From positions 11,224,001-11,288,000 of the forward strand of contig CM119372.1 of NCBI GenBank assembly GCA_051294905.1: a stretch of 64,000 bases of DNA, read 5' to 3'. Source of the stretch: Botryllus schlosseri (lineage: Eukaryota). The notes under the pieces are model-generated. The model was not told the origin of the DNA, did not search any database, and saw only the letters and a program-made list of their open reading frames with translations. The position numbers and the translations under genes were made by a program. This document shows, one piece after another, positions 52,601 through 64,000 of this stretch; the stretch's first letter is position 1, and every line of letters begins with the position of its first letter.

Positions 52601-55600
52601 AGGGGGAAGACGACGGTATAATTTCTAGCACGGATTGGCTTGAGATTGTGTAATGTCGCTTTTTATATGCATTTACCCAGGTTTGCCAGATTTATGGTTG
52701 GACCCGAGCGATATAAAGCCCAAAAGCGTGTTCATAAATGTCGCCAGTAAATCGGAGATCCATTGCGCTGTACAAGAGGAATGCATATCAAATTTACTTC
52801 CCCGAGTTACTCGGTTTGTAAAGATATTGTTCGTAAGTGGGGAATCTCTACCTGTCATAGTAAAATGTTAATTCACAGGAGACGGCTACTTCGATTTCCC
52901 ACTAAAATACATAACATTGGAACCGCGCCCTTTGTACCAGATCTTCCGCCGCAAAATTGGACCTATCATACTTGTCATAAGTAGGAAAATAATGTCGTTA
53001 CCGGAACTCGATTGTACCCAACTTTTCAATCCTACCGTACAGGCATTATCACAGCATGCAGGAATTCGCCCATTTCTACCTGTACAACGAGGACGGAACG
53101 CTTGCAGGAGAGGGTCACAAAGTTAGCTTTTGTCTGCAAGACAGTGGCTGCAAAAATCCATGCAAACCGAAGTGAGTTATACTTCGTCCATAGCAGTGAC
53201 TGGCAATGTGTGGGCCTCGCCTAAAAGTGGGCCTCGAACACGTTTTGAGCGGCCGAAGTTTGATTTCAAAAAGTAGGCTTCATCTGCTGCGGAGAAGATT
53301 CGACATTTTTGCCGATATTATCTTATATAATATAGCTCTAATTTTGACGTGGTCTCAAACTAGACTTTGAAGGTTTGAAATCATATTGGCAGCAGCCATT
53401 TTTCTTGAAAAGTCATCACATTCGAACTGCAGTTAAAATATTTTCACGTAAGGTACCAGAAATCGGTCTCAGACATCGCGGTGACGCGTCGTTGCTCGCT
53501 TCAGAAAAATTTTTTGCACCTATTTCTTTGCTGAAGCAGTTTCTCTCTACTTTGTCGAGGCCGAGAATTAATTTTAGATAGTTGTCACTGGGCGTACTAT
53601 AAGTTATCATAGGCCCCGATTGTCAGCCAAAAAGCAGGAGTCATCAACTCGCGGGCCGTATGTAGCGTTGCCCTCCAGGACATGTGCTGGACGAAAATAG
53701 GTTATGGAAACGGTGTAGTGGGTGACGCAAAAGTATCGTATAGAACCTTTGCCTTTCGATATTGCTATATTTAGGCCGGCGGTGCCTATCAACTTGAAAA
53801 ATTGTCCAATATTGAGTTGGGTCCCCTGACCTAAAGAAACCGTATCTTATATGGTACCACGCCGCGGTTTAGGTACGCTAATCAGGCGTACGGTATTGGC
53901 GCTCAACAGACGACGTAACAACTGCGCGCGACCGAAAAAGGGTTGGTAATTGGCATACGGTACCAGTATCTACCTTCATACTCAAATATGCCTGGCTGAA
54001 CTTCGTAGTTTGAGCGCCAGTATCACACGACATACGTGGACTTGCCGTAATTAAACCGCCGTATAATCTGCTTGTATTTTGATTTACATGTAGAGCAGGG
54101 GTTTCAAACATCCGGCCCGCGGTTCGCATCCGTCCCGCCATACGGTTTCATCCGGCCCGAGAGGCAATTATGAAAATAATGGAAAAATTATATATTATCC
54201 AGCTCATTTCTAACAGAAGTTGAGATTTTTGGTAATAAATAGTTTGTCAAGAGAGCAAATGTCGCACAAGTTCATTAGTCACATTATAACCATCTGACGA
54301 GTGTTGAGTTCTCACTCAAGTAGCCATCAGGTTTAAATCAGTGACAATGACACTACATTCGGAGATGAGAAGGCGAAAAAGTTCACACTTAGTTCAGAGT
54401 TTTATGAAAATAATGAACCAAATAGTAGTTATTCGCAGAGGCGAAAACGCTAATGCAAAACCGTTGTATGTAAAATTGTAAAATACATGAAGAATTTAAT
54501 AGATTCACGAAGAATATAATTGGAATATTTTAGTCGCACTGCTGTATACCTTACTTAGATACAAAAAGGCTCTGGCAGGTCTCCAGAGAAACTAGAATGT
54601 TTAATTGGCGATATAAAAATAATGAACAAAATTCCAACGTCTGCATTTCCAAGCTATTTTATTCCTTATGAGTAGGGTGATTTTTTTTTGAGATGTCAAA
54701 AAAAGTCAAAATTAGGTCAAAATTGTTGCGTTAGGTCAAAAAATGTCAAAATTGTTTACAAAGTTAAAACTATTTTGCAACCTGCATTTCGTTTCTATCG
54801 TAGATTTTGCACTGTCGGTGAACTTATCATTTGACATTTTACAGCTTGTAGCCTACTTTATAGGCCTACCGTTGTAGACATCCCACTGTCTGCTCATCGT
54901 GAATCATTAACATTCAAATGAAACAAATAGGTTGACATGGTGTTATGCTCAACGTACCGCAATATCCCAACTGAAGCGAGACTGCGTGGGCATTGCAGGG
55001 TTCATATCAAGAAGTGCATGATGAATAATTGTGATGTAGACAATATAGCCAGAACTAAGCAACACGGTGTGTCACCAGCAGTGTAAGCACAACTACAGTG
55101 TTGTCAGCCAACAACTGCTGCAGTTTAACGTTCTTTCTCCATTCTTGGCAAGCTACTTAGTAAGGACAGACACTTTCTACACGATCATGTAGGAAAGTAT
55201 CTTTCGTTGTACTACAATTTTTTTTAATTATTTTTACCATAATTCGTAATGTACCTACTGGAATTCATCATAGGGCCAGATTTCGTTAAAACGACGTTTT
55301 TTCATGTAAAATTTTGTCTCTTTTTTAGGTAAAAAAGTTTATTTCAGGCCAAGCTACTTTGTAAGGACAGCCAGTTCCGACCAGAAATGACGATAAGTAG
55401 TACAATTCTAACATTATGTGGGAAAACACCAAATTTGCTTACGTCAGGTCAAATTTGGTCAAAATTTAGATTTTTAAGCTCAAAATATGTCAAAATTTAG
55501 AGTTTCTAGGTCAAAATCTTCGGTTTTATAGGTCAAAAAATCGCCTTACCCATCAATCTTCAGTAAGGCGATTTTTTGTTACCTAAAAACGGAAGATTAA

Positions 55601-58600
55601 AAAATAATTTTTTGCTCTCATGTTGGAACTTTCTGTCTTTACGAAGTAGTTTGGCCTGAAAAAGCTTTGACTTAGAAGCTGACAAATTTTTTCATGAAAA
55701 AACTTTATTTTAACGAAATCTGGACATAGGAAGGATTCCAGTAGTTACATCATGCATTCTGGTAGAAATAATAAAAATTTCACCGACGGAGCAAACATAT
55801 ACGATACAAACGAAATGCAGGTTGCAAAAAATTTTTGACTTTGTAAACAATTTTGACATTTTTTTGACCTAACGCTACAATTTTGACTTTTTCTTGACAT
55901 GTCGAAAAGAAATATTGCCCTAGTCATCACTAATATACATGGCCAACATCGAATCACGACTAAAAGAAGGGCAGTATAGAACTATTCCAACTTGTATCGG
56001 CTTTAGAGCCACTGATTTAGTGGTGTATAACTATATTCAATCAGCCAATCATTGTATTTTTGCAAATTTAATTGTTTGCGAATAACGGTGTTGCTTGAAT
56101 ACGGTCTTGTGATATGATGTATTATACTATTATGGATAGCTCGTTAATAATAAATTCCAGTGAACTACAAAGGTATGGATTTGTAGCATATTGGAATCAT
56201 TTGACTGGTCCGGCCCGCGAGCCATCAAAACTTTAGAATCCGGCCTGCGGCCCAAGCTGAGTTTGACACCCATGATGTAGAGTAGAGTATAGGTAGATGT
56301 AGACTTGGACAATTAGACATGCTCGACGACTGTCGAATTGCCGGCGACATACTGATCCAAATAATCCACAGTCGTGGTCCGTCGTACTTGTCATTCGTGC
56401 TGATTCTGCCAAATATATCGTATTTTACATATGGCAATTGGACGACGAGGGGCGAGGACGCGCGGTCGCACGTACTTACGCGATATATATTACGAAGTGA
56501 AGTGAAAATTGAGATTTGCGGGGCAATGACCGCAACTGTCTAGCATGTTTTCAAAGACGCATGTCTGAACCAGACTTGGACAACTAGATAATTCTAGTTG
56601 TCTAATTTCATTAAATTAGAGCGAATTGCAAGTAATCTAATTCTAATCTAATTTGTGAAATGACCCTATGCTCTAATTTTTAGTTCTAATCTAATTTATT
56701 GTTTTCCTGGAAATGCCCCTTTGTCCGAGGCATTTTGCAGGGAGTTGACAAGAATACCCCTCTCGCGTAGGAAAATCCAGTGACAAGCCGCCATCGCCTT
56801 ACTTGTACCGTGCACGTGCACTCGTGCAGTCATAGAAGTTATTGTGACGAATAACAGCCTGATAGCATAGGAGCTTGTAGTCTGCGAACAACATTCTAGT
56901 TTTTAAAACTTACGTTAGTACAACGTCGTTCTGACTAACATGAGCGGTGCTCATGGTTACCGCAAAAAAGTAATATTTTATTAAAGTAGTACAATACAAC
57001 AAGAAATATCATGATCATAAACGAAATTTTATTTTGAACTGTATGAGCTGCGCACGATACCCGACAACGCTTTCGATATTGGGGCTAGCCAGATATGTTA
57101 CTGGCTGAAAGACTATCTCATTCTTAAAGATTGATCTTGTGGGGACGTCCTATACCAGTGGTCGGGAACCTATGGCTCGCGAGCCATATATGGCTCTTTT
57201 GGGTATAAGATATGGCTCTTTGCCAAATATATATTTTTGAACTGAATTGATCAATATTGCAGCGACTTGTTGGTAAATTTTCATCACGACCAGAATAATT
57301 ATTCTCGTGGCAGTATAAACAAACACGTCTTTAAGAGATAAAGACAATGCCGTCTTCAGGTTTAGGGGCTCGGACCCCCTCTTTTCAAAATCATCAAATT
57401 TAAGTTACTGTCGCGAATTCTATGTACCCGACTCGAAATCTTTAATTGAGTGATACGCTGATTAATCAAATAGCATAGCATACATAGCGACGCCCATTCA
57501 AAACGCAGTTTTAAAATACTCATTGTCTTCCTGATCTATGGCGCGGAATGAACTGTTGTGGATGTGACATTCACAATTACAAAATCGAATTACAAACAAC
57601 GCCATAGCTATTCACGTTCTTGATAAAATGTAGGCGTGTAGCGCAACGTTAAGTTACCACCGAATACTTTGAGAATTGAGAAGTCGATAAGTATTAAGAT
57701 TTTCCGAATCAGTGTGACAGTCGCATTCGATTAATATCATCAGTTTTAACAAATTCTGAGCTACTTACGATGGGTTGTGTTATCAATGGTGAGGCTTGGC
57801 CCGTCAGTGCCTTACCCTTCGTTTCGAGCTTTATTTTCGAGCAATAAATACCAGTTTTTACAGAGAAAATATGGCGCACACGAGGAATCCCATGTAGTGA
57901 CTTCGAATTAGTGCTATAATGACGTCACGAATTTTCAATTGTGACGTAACAGTTGAATGGCATGTATGGCTCTTTGGGAGTTGATATGGAAACAATAGGG
58001 CCAATATGGCTCTTCGGACAAAAAAGGTTCCCGACCACTGTCCTATACCGTTTTCTAATCGTCTCTGTCTTGGCAGTGTCTGGGCCAGCCATTGCACGTC
58101 AAGGCAATATGCTTATTGAATCAGCTGACTCTCCATCGATGGAATGCTGTTGCTATCGCAGAAGCCGTTTCAGCTAGTGTGGAATAGTGTCGTTGGGCAC
58201 AGGCGAATAGCTTATTTTGAAACAACAACAATAATTTGAAACTGAAATCAATTTTAGCATTTCAGAATGCTTTATTTCGCGTTTTTCCAAAATATCAAAT
58301 CAGATCGCCGGCCGCGATTGCGCTGACCCCTGGTATAGTAAAAACGAGCCAAGCTTTATGGGAATACCTTGTGATTTGACATGAACTGATTTTTGCTGTA
58401 TTCATTTCCCGTTCACAATTTCAATCAATTTCCATGTTTTTGCGAATTTAGTAATTCTAATTCTAATCTAATTTTTTTTTAATGTTTAGGTCCAATTCTA
58501 TTTCTAATCTAATTTGGAAAAAACTGTGTAGCTCTAATTCTAATTCTAATCTAATTTGGAAAAAACTGTAACTCTATTTCTAATTCTAATCTAATTCAGA

Positions 58601-59156
58601 AAAACTGGAAATTTTCTAGCTGTCCAAGTCTGATCTGAACTTGCTACTCAGTTGCCAGACCATTCTGACTGTGTATGACGTCATAGTGAGTGGTACGACA
58701 ATCGGAATCGAATCTCGTAATGGCTCGATTTCGCTCAACCGTATTCATTGCATGTCGTCACCCGTCAGGCATGGCTCGTTATAATTTCCAAATCAAGAGA
58801 TTAAAAATCGTTTAGGTACAATTGCACCGCCGTTGAAGGCAACGATCGAGGTACGCAAGGAATTTCCCCTGGCTGCTACGACGATTACATGGCGTCCCTT
58901 GATTGTCAGTGGATTGACATCACAGGAATACCAACAACGAACGCGGTTTTTACTCTCAAGGTTAGTGGTATCAAGTTTTACTGTGAGGCTCAGCTCGGGT
59001 TAATAGACGCGCTTCACATTCCAGATAATAGTAAATCCAGCAATTGACGGGGAACGCGCCGTGGACGAGCTTTCGTACATGAATAACGCCGTGTCATGCA
59101 GGATATCAATAAAGGGCGGTAGTTCGGTGAAACTCGATAGATGCAAACAAGTCTGA
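43680..59156 (+). CDS. LOX: Lysyl oxidase (LOX/LOXL1-type, no SRCR domains) with long S/Y/G/Q low-complexity N-terminal region (~876 aa)
   Basis: Exons 43680-43788, 43904-44542, 49626-50632, 50704-50758, 51865-51972, 52544-52615, 52681-52813, 52879-52980, 53043-53171, 58816-58960, 59025-59156 (2631 nt, all GT-AG, phases consistent). Signal peptide [20 protein letters not shown]. Catalytic domain motifs: GLPDL, CAVQEEC, RRLLRFP, copper site [16 protein letters not shown] Lys in [11 protein letters not shown] Tyr in [18 protein letters not shown], and NNAVSC...C. Confidence 0.9.
46598..47310. mobile_element. hAT MITE in LOX intron 2, containing a truncated SINE
   Basis: CAGGGACGGGCAAC / GTTGCCCGCCCCTG TIRs; perfect TSD gtttaaaa. 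Confidence 0.82.
47392..48452. mobile_element. hAT MITE in LOX intron 2
   Basis: CAGAGGACTCAAAC / GTTTGAGACCACTG TIRs, GCGGCCCGC motifs; TSD ttttaagc/gttcaagc. Confidence 0.72.
49905..50190 (+). repeat. Coding 39-bp tandem repeat (13-aa unit [13 protein letters not shown]), ~7 copies, in LOX exon 3
   Basis: Units such as GGCCAAGATCAGGGATCGTCCGTTTCCTCATACGGCTAC and GGTCAAGGCCAGGGATCGTCTGGTTCCTCATACGGCTAC are read directly in the sequence. Confidence 0.9.
54096..56274. mobile_element. hAT element in LOX intron 9 containing a large internal foldback insertion
   Basis: CAGGGGTTTCAAAC / GTTTGACACCCATG TIRs; perfect TSD atgtagag. Confidence 0.85.
56571..58632. mobile_element. CAGACTTGGACA-family element containing nested MITE 57156-58040
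   Basis: TSD gtctgaac/atctgaac; AATTCTAATCT arrays. Confidence 0.8.
57156..58040. mobile_element. hAT MITE, uninterrupted sister of 28280-30284 (opposite orientation)
   Basis: Perfect TSD tcctatac; carries a single copy of the target (gtttttac at ~57855) that is duplicated in the other copy. Confidence 0.88.
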
Positions 59157-60089
59157 AACTTCTTCAATTTCATGAAATTTCGATGAACTATAAATACAGT
59201 GTACATACCTTGGTTTTGTTGTTCTATAAGCTGCATTTGCGCATATTGTACGAAGCAACGATCGTCATTCACGGCTTTTCTATTTCATAGGATAAATGTA
59301 ATATGATTTATTTCCTAAGTCGCATGCGATGGTGATCCATTCGAAGTCAATGACGTCACTCGAAAAAAGAACTGATCTTCGCCTGAATATTTGTGATAGC
59401 GATTTGATTTCTGAAATTATTTTGTTGTTATCCAGCTCGATTAAATCTTCGATTTCGTGAATAGTGCGGTTACCATATTTTGAGATCCGAAAATAAAGAC
59501 ACTTTTTACAAGTTACAATATAACTAATAGCGGTCGAGAAAATGGGTTATTTGCGGGTAAGGTTGACTAAAAACAGGTCATTTTTCCAAATCGACTCCAG
59601 AGAGACCCACTCCCATGTCAAAACGGCTGGCTTTGGCTTTTTTTAGTCGTCCGTGTACAATCGCGCAGCTTTGAAATATATAAAGGAGGACGAATTGCCA
59701 AGAAGGAGGACATTTGGTCGCCACCGGAGGACATTTTCGATTTCTTCGAAAAGGAGGACGTATGGCAACCCTAATGCATCATAGTATCGTCAGCACCAGG
59801 GCTCTATCACTCAAGGGAGGCGACGGGCTAACTTATCAATTGAGTAGACGGCGCGGGCAGCCTGACTTTAGTCATAAAATTGAGTAACCTATTGCAATTT
59901 AGGAACGATACGCGTAGTAGGCCTATACTGCGCCAATGTACCTTATTTCTCTTCAATCCTATTGCACCGCGGTATATGCAAAAATATACACGACACGGGG
60001 CCTGCGATAAGTATCGTAGGCCCTGCACGACACAATTATTAATTTCACGTCATGCTCGCGAATACTACTGGACTCATGTCCCCTATACG

Positions 60090-61319
60090 CAGAGGTGGTC
60101 AGTAACGAAGTACTTCTACTTTTTCAAAGTACTCAAGTAGCTTTCCGCTACTCGCGTGCTTACTCAAGTAGATCTAATTCCCCGCTACTTATACCTCGTA
60201 ATATTGTGTGATCGACTTACTTACCTTTCGCTATTTTCAATTTGTCAAGCAGAAGTAGTTTTATCCACGAATCAGGATGATAGCCTGAAGAATTTTGGGG
60301 CTGTTTTCACGGCGTATAAACATTTAATTTTAATAAATATTGAGTAAAGCCCAGAATTTTCGTCGTGCTTCGCGCACAGTGACCAATATGATTTCACGAA
60401 AGTATCGGCGAATATAATTTAGGTCGCGGGTTGCGTGGTTCCGTCCACACCGCATTGTTGCCCATATGAAATATTTCATCACAGTATATATGGCCCATGA
60501 TAACGTTTGATACTGATGTGTCGCAATCTAGCATTTACTTATCTAGCAGTCCATGGCGTGTCGTAATCTGGAAAAGTGGAGTCTGACTTTTTTTTAGCTT
60601 TAGAGCTGTTTCAGCATACCACCTTTGAAACTTTCTGGACGTAATACATGAAATATATTTTCCGCTTTTAGAAGTAGTATTGATATTTCTCTTTCAAGTC
60701 CCAGTATCATACTTTGAGTTCTAATTTGTTTCAGTTCTTCTATCTGGAGAACATCCATGTTAAATTATAAAAGCATTAAGCGTAAAAATGCCTTCAATTT
60801 CCGGAAATAAAGCTACACATGGCATTTTTACGACCCACCGTATTTTTTTATTAACGTTTATTAATCGCGCAAAATGTTTACACCGTATCCATTGCAACTT
60901 CTCCGTATTGCTCTTTGACTAAACTACTGCTGGCCTTGTAATGTGGGGGAGGGCCCCGTACCATGCTATTTCCAGACGAATAGAATACCATTTCCATATC
61001 AATACTATCATTTTCATCCGATGATGTGGTCGAATGCTTATGCTGTCGGAAATTGGATGCCTCCTGGTATGCATCAATATGAATGAAGCTCTGCTCCTTT
61101 CTCATAGCTCAATTTGCAGTTTGACAGTCCATGCGAACGATGAATTACGATCGTTTTCACTACTTACTTACTTGAGTACATTTAAAGTCAGTCAATTCTA
61201 CTTCAAGTAGTTTTCGGTTGCTTATGAAATATGTACTTCTACTCGTACTTGAGTAGATTTTTTCGTCACTACTTTTACTTCTACTTGAGTAGCTTTCTTG
61301 ACTACTTTGACCACCTCTG
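60090..61319. mobile_element. hAT element, inverted sister of 23933-25511 lacking the SINE
   Basis: CAGAGGTGGTCA TIRs; degenerate TSD cctatacg/cccctacg; colinear internal sequence. Confidence 0.85.
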
Positions 61320-62060
61320 CCCCTACGACGTCAGTATATTTTCAAAATCATTCCAGCTTTTCGAAATGAAAAATTTGTCGACCGAGATGACACGTAACGA
61401 TGCTCTCTGCACCCTCTCGTAGGATGCCAACTACGAAGAAATCTAGTTGGAGCTATGTAGGCATGATACATATTACATATGCAAAAGTGAGTCACTGCTT
61501 GTCTGCCAAGCGTGGGCTTGTAATGTATAGTGAGCGTGTATTGATTCACGTTCCGCGTCAGGAGTAATAAAGACGAAAAATCTGCACTCCTTCTATCACT
61601 AAGCAAGTCACGTGATATGGCATCATAGCGAACACGACTGTACTTCCGCCTATTCATATGCGATCAAGACATCTTCGATACGGGATGCTAGATAGCAGTG
61701 ATAGATCATTTATGACTGGAAAGGACGCTTCGGCCTCTATTCTTCAATTGTTGCTATTGTGTTTGTTGTTCTAGGTTTGCAGAATTTTCAATATATGAAA
61801 TGACATTTAGGTATCGACGAAAAAATACTAATACTACTGGCAATATTTTATTTATGGTAGCAAAGGTTGGCTACGCATTTCAACTATCCACGCCAGTCAT
61901 ACTGTTATGACGTAATATATGATGATACTTGAATATAGTCGATTCGGAATCGAATATGTCAGATTCAATTTTGCCCAGCTCTAAAAAGTGAAAAACGACT
62001 TACGATTTCTACTACGATGTCAGTCATAGTACAGACTTCGTTTCAACACGCGCGCTGAAA

Positions 62061-63875
62061 ATGTTGTGGAACATGAACATGCAAGAAGCAAGGAACCTGC
62101 ATTCCACAGGTAAACTGTGAATACTCTGCGGATAATTCATATTTCAACGATTATATTTTGCTTCCGTTGATCACTGCTGTGGACACAGACATAGAGTACC
62201 AGAAAATTTCTTGAAAGCTCAGAGTACGAGCTAAAACACTTCTCTATCCACACAGATGTGTAACTAGTAATTTATCTATAGATGTTTCGCCGGTGACTTT
62301 GTTGCAGTATGCCATAAACCGTGCTTTGTGATGACTAATACAAATGCAGAAACGTTGAATACTGAAGCTTGTGGCTTGGAGCCAATTTTCGGCTCCCTCT
62401 TAGAAGCTTATTATGACGTCATTGGTCATATTCCGAGCAAGCGATGGAAGGAATTCGCACGTATTGGGCTAGGCGTTCGTGAGCAAGACATGAATGATAT
62501 TGCGGAAGATTATTCTTTCGATATTAGGGAGCAGAAATTTCAAGTGTGTCTTAAGTGGGGTGAACTACAAGGCGTCAATGATAAAGATGCTTGTGCAGCA
62601 GAGTCGAAAGAAGTAAATGCCGCAAAGATATTCTTATATCGGATTATGAATCATTTTATGTGGCCTGACAAATGTCCGAAACCCGATAGAATACACACAA
62701 TGCACAAGCGAGACAGACAGAGTTATTGCGATCGCGTCGGGAATGTAGTTTTATCCAACAGTACGAAAGCCACACGTGGCTTTCTACCATGCTATCAGCA
62801 GAAAAGTCTGATGAAGCAGGTCGTTATATTCAACAACTCATTCACACACTCCCATAAGCTCAGGCCTCGCCTGGGATCAAAAGTTGATGTCGCAAACATG
62901 AAGAATTTGTGGAATGAGCTTGGATGTCAGGTTGCCATCCACGAAGATTTCACCGCAATAGACATGATGACGAAACTCAAACAATACGCCAGTGACTGGT
63001 GTCAGTTGGCTTTCTGTGCGGTAATTGTGATGTCACACGGTGATGAGGATGACGCCATTTACGGCGAAAGCTTCGAAACGGTCAATTTTGTCCGTGCACG
63101 TAACGTCACGGATACGTTTAGTACAACGAACGCGCCGCGTCTCGCTGGAATTCCGAAACTATTTTTCTTTCAATGTTCCCGCGGGGGCAAAGCGGGCGGA
63201 CCGCGTTTTCGCCATCCACCGCGGAATCAGACTAATCGCGATGCTGTCGTTGGCTGCGCTGGGAATGGAATTCGAACCTTCACCATGGAAGCTCCGGTCA
63301 AACCACACTTTGACAAAACCGGCCACGCTCCACCGCTCTCAGATATGTTAGTGTGCTACTCCACAGCTCCTGGGTATTCCTCGTTTCGCGACCCAAACAA
63401 CGGTAGCTGGTTCATCAACGCCATAACGAATGTGTTTATGAAACATGCCAAAAGCGAACACGTGGTCGAACTGATGATGAAGGTCTGCTCAGAGATGATG
63501 GACAAATCAGCCTCGGGTGATGAGATCTTGGAAGGCCAAACATGCGTTCCTTCATTTGAATGTACATTGACAAAACTTCTTTACCTTGATCCCGCCAATG
63601 CTCTTAGTAGACATCACGAGGAAGCTGAAAAACTAGCCAAAGGCGTCCAAACAGAGCATTCTGATGATGCGATTATGCTGAGGAAGGTACTCATGGAAAT
63701 AGCTTCAAATGATAGAAATGATGAACGAAAGAAGATGACCACTCGCTCGTTCAATACTGGCGATGTTCTATTTACCGAATTTTCATGTCGAAGATTTTTA
63801 GAAACGATATTACTATCATTGGGAATGATTATAGCCTGGACTTACACTCCACACTTACACGATTCAATCAATTGA
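62061..63875 (+). CDS. Death-domain caspase-family protein with variant active site (QCSRG) and C-terminal hydrophobic segment
   Basis: Large exon 62308-63875 plus a probable short first exon 62061-62109 (donor ACAG|gtaaac, acceptor ttgcag|; in frame, ~538 aa); alternatively starts at ATG 62331. Caspase motifs: VVIFNN, RLGSKVD, IVMSHG, LAGIPKLFFFQCSRG, DMLVCYSTAPGYSSFRD...GSWFI, CTLTKLLYL. The N-terminal RWKEFARIGLGVREQDMNDI...REQKFQVCLKW is death-domain-like. Confidence 0.88.
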
Positions 63876-64000
63876 ACAGCACTTAGGAAGGGATTCTAGA
63901 GTCGACCTCTGTCGGACTTGGACTCGCAACCAGTTGATATTACAGCGATCCAACGTATCACTAAGCTATCTCTCCAGGCATGGTACTAGAGATGCTAGGG

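Overview
Eukaryotic (animal) genomic DNA, probably an invertebrate chordate such as an ascidian. That is an inference from the many 54-68 nt GT-AG introns, tight gene spacing, moderate GC and chordate-type gene content. Five spliced protein-coding genes could be assembled by hand, all with consistent exon phases. (1) A LINGO-like extracellular LRR gene (- strand, 3' end unresolved). (2) FAM219-like, ending in a CaaX motif. (3) SRFBP1/BUD22-like. (4) A lysyl oxidase of the SRCR-less LOX/LOXL1 type, with an exceptionally long (~600 aa), lysine-free, Ser/Tyr/Gly/Gln low-complexity N-terminal region. (5) A two-exon caspase with a death-receptor-like death domain, an altered active-site motif (QCSRG instead of QACRG) and a C-terminal hydrophobic tail. 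Introns and intergenic DNA are packed with nested non-autonomous hAT elements (many with perfect 8-bp TSDs). Also present are tRNA-derived SINEs, a TTAA-flanked hairpin MITE, foldback elements, a LINE remnant and a hAT transposase relic. Most interesting: the prion-like-domain lysyl oxidase, the putative membrane-anchored death-domain pseudo-caspase, and the LINGO-FAM219-SRFBP1-LOX cluster that mirrors vertebrate linkage. No database searches were run; family calls rest on motif recognition.
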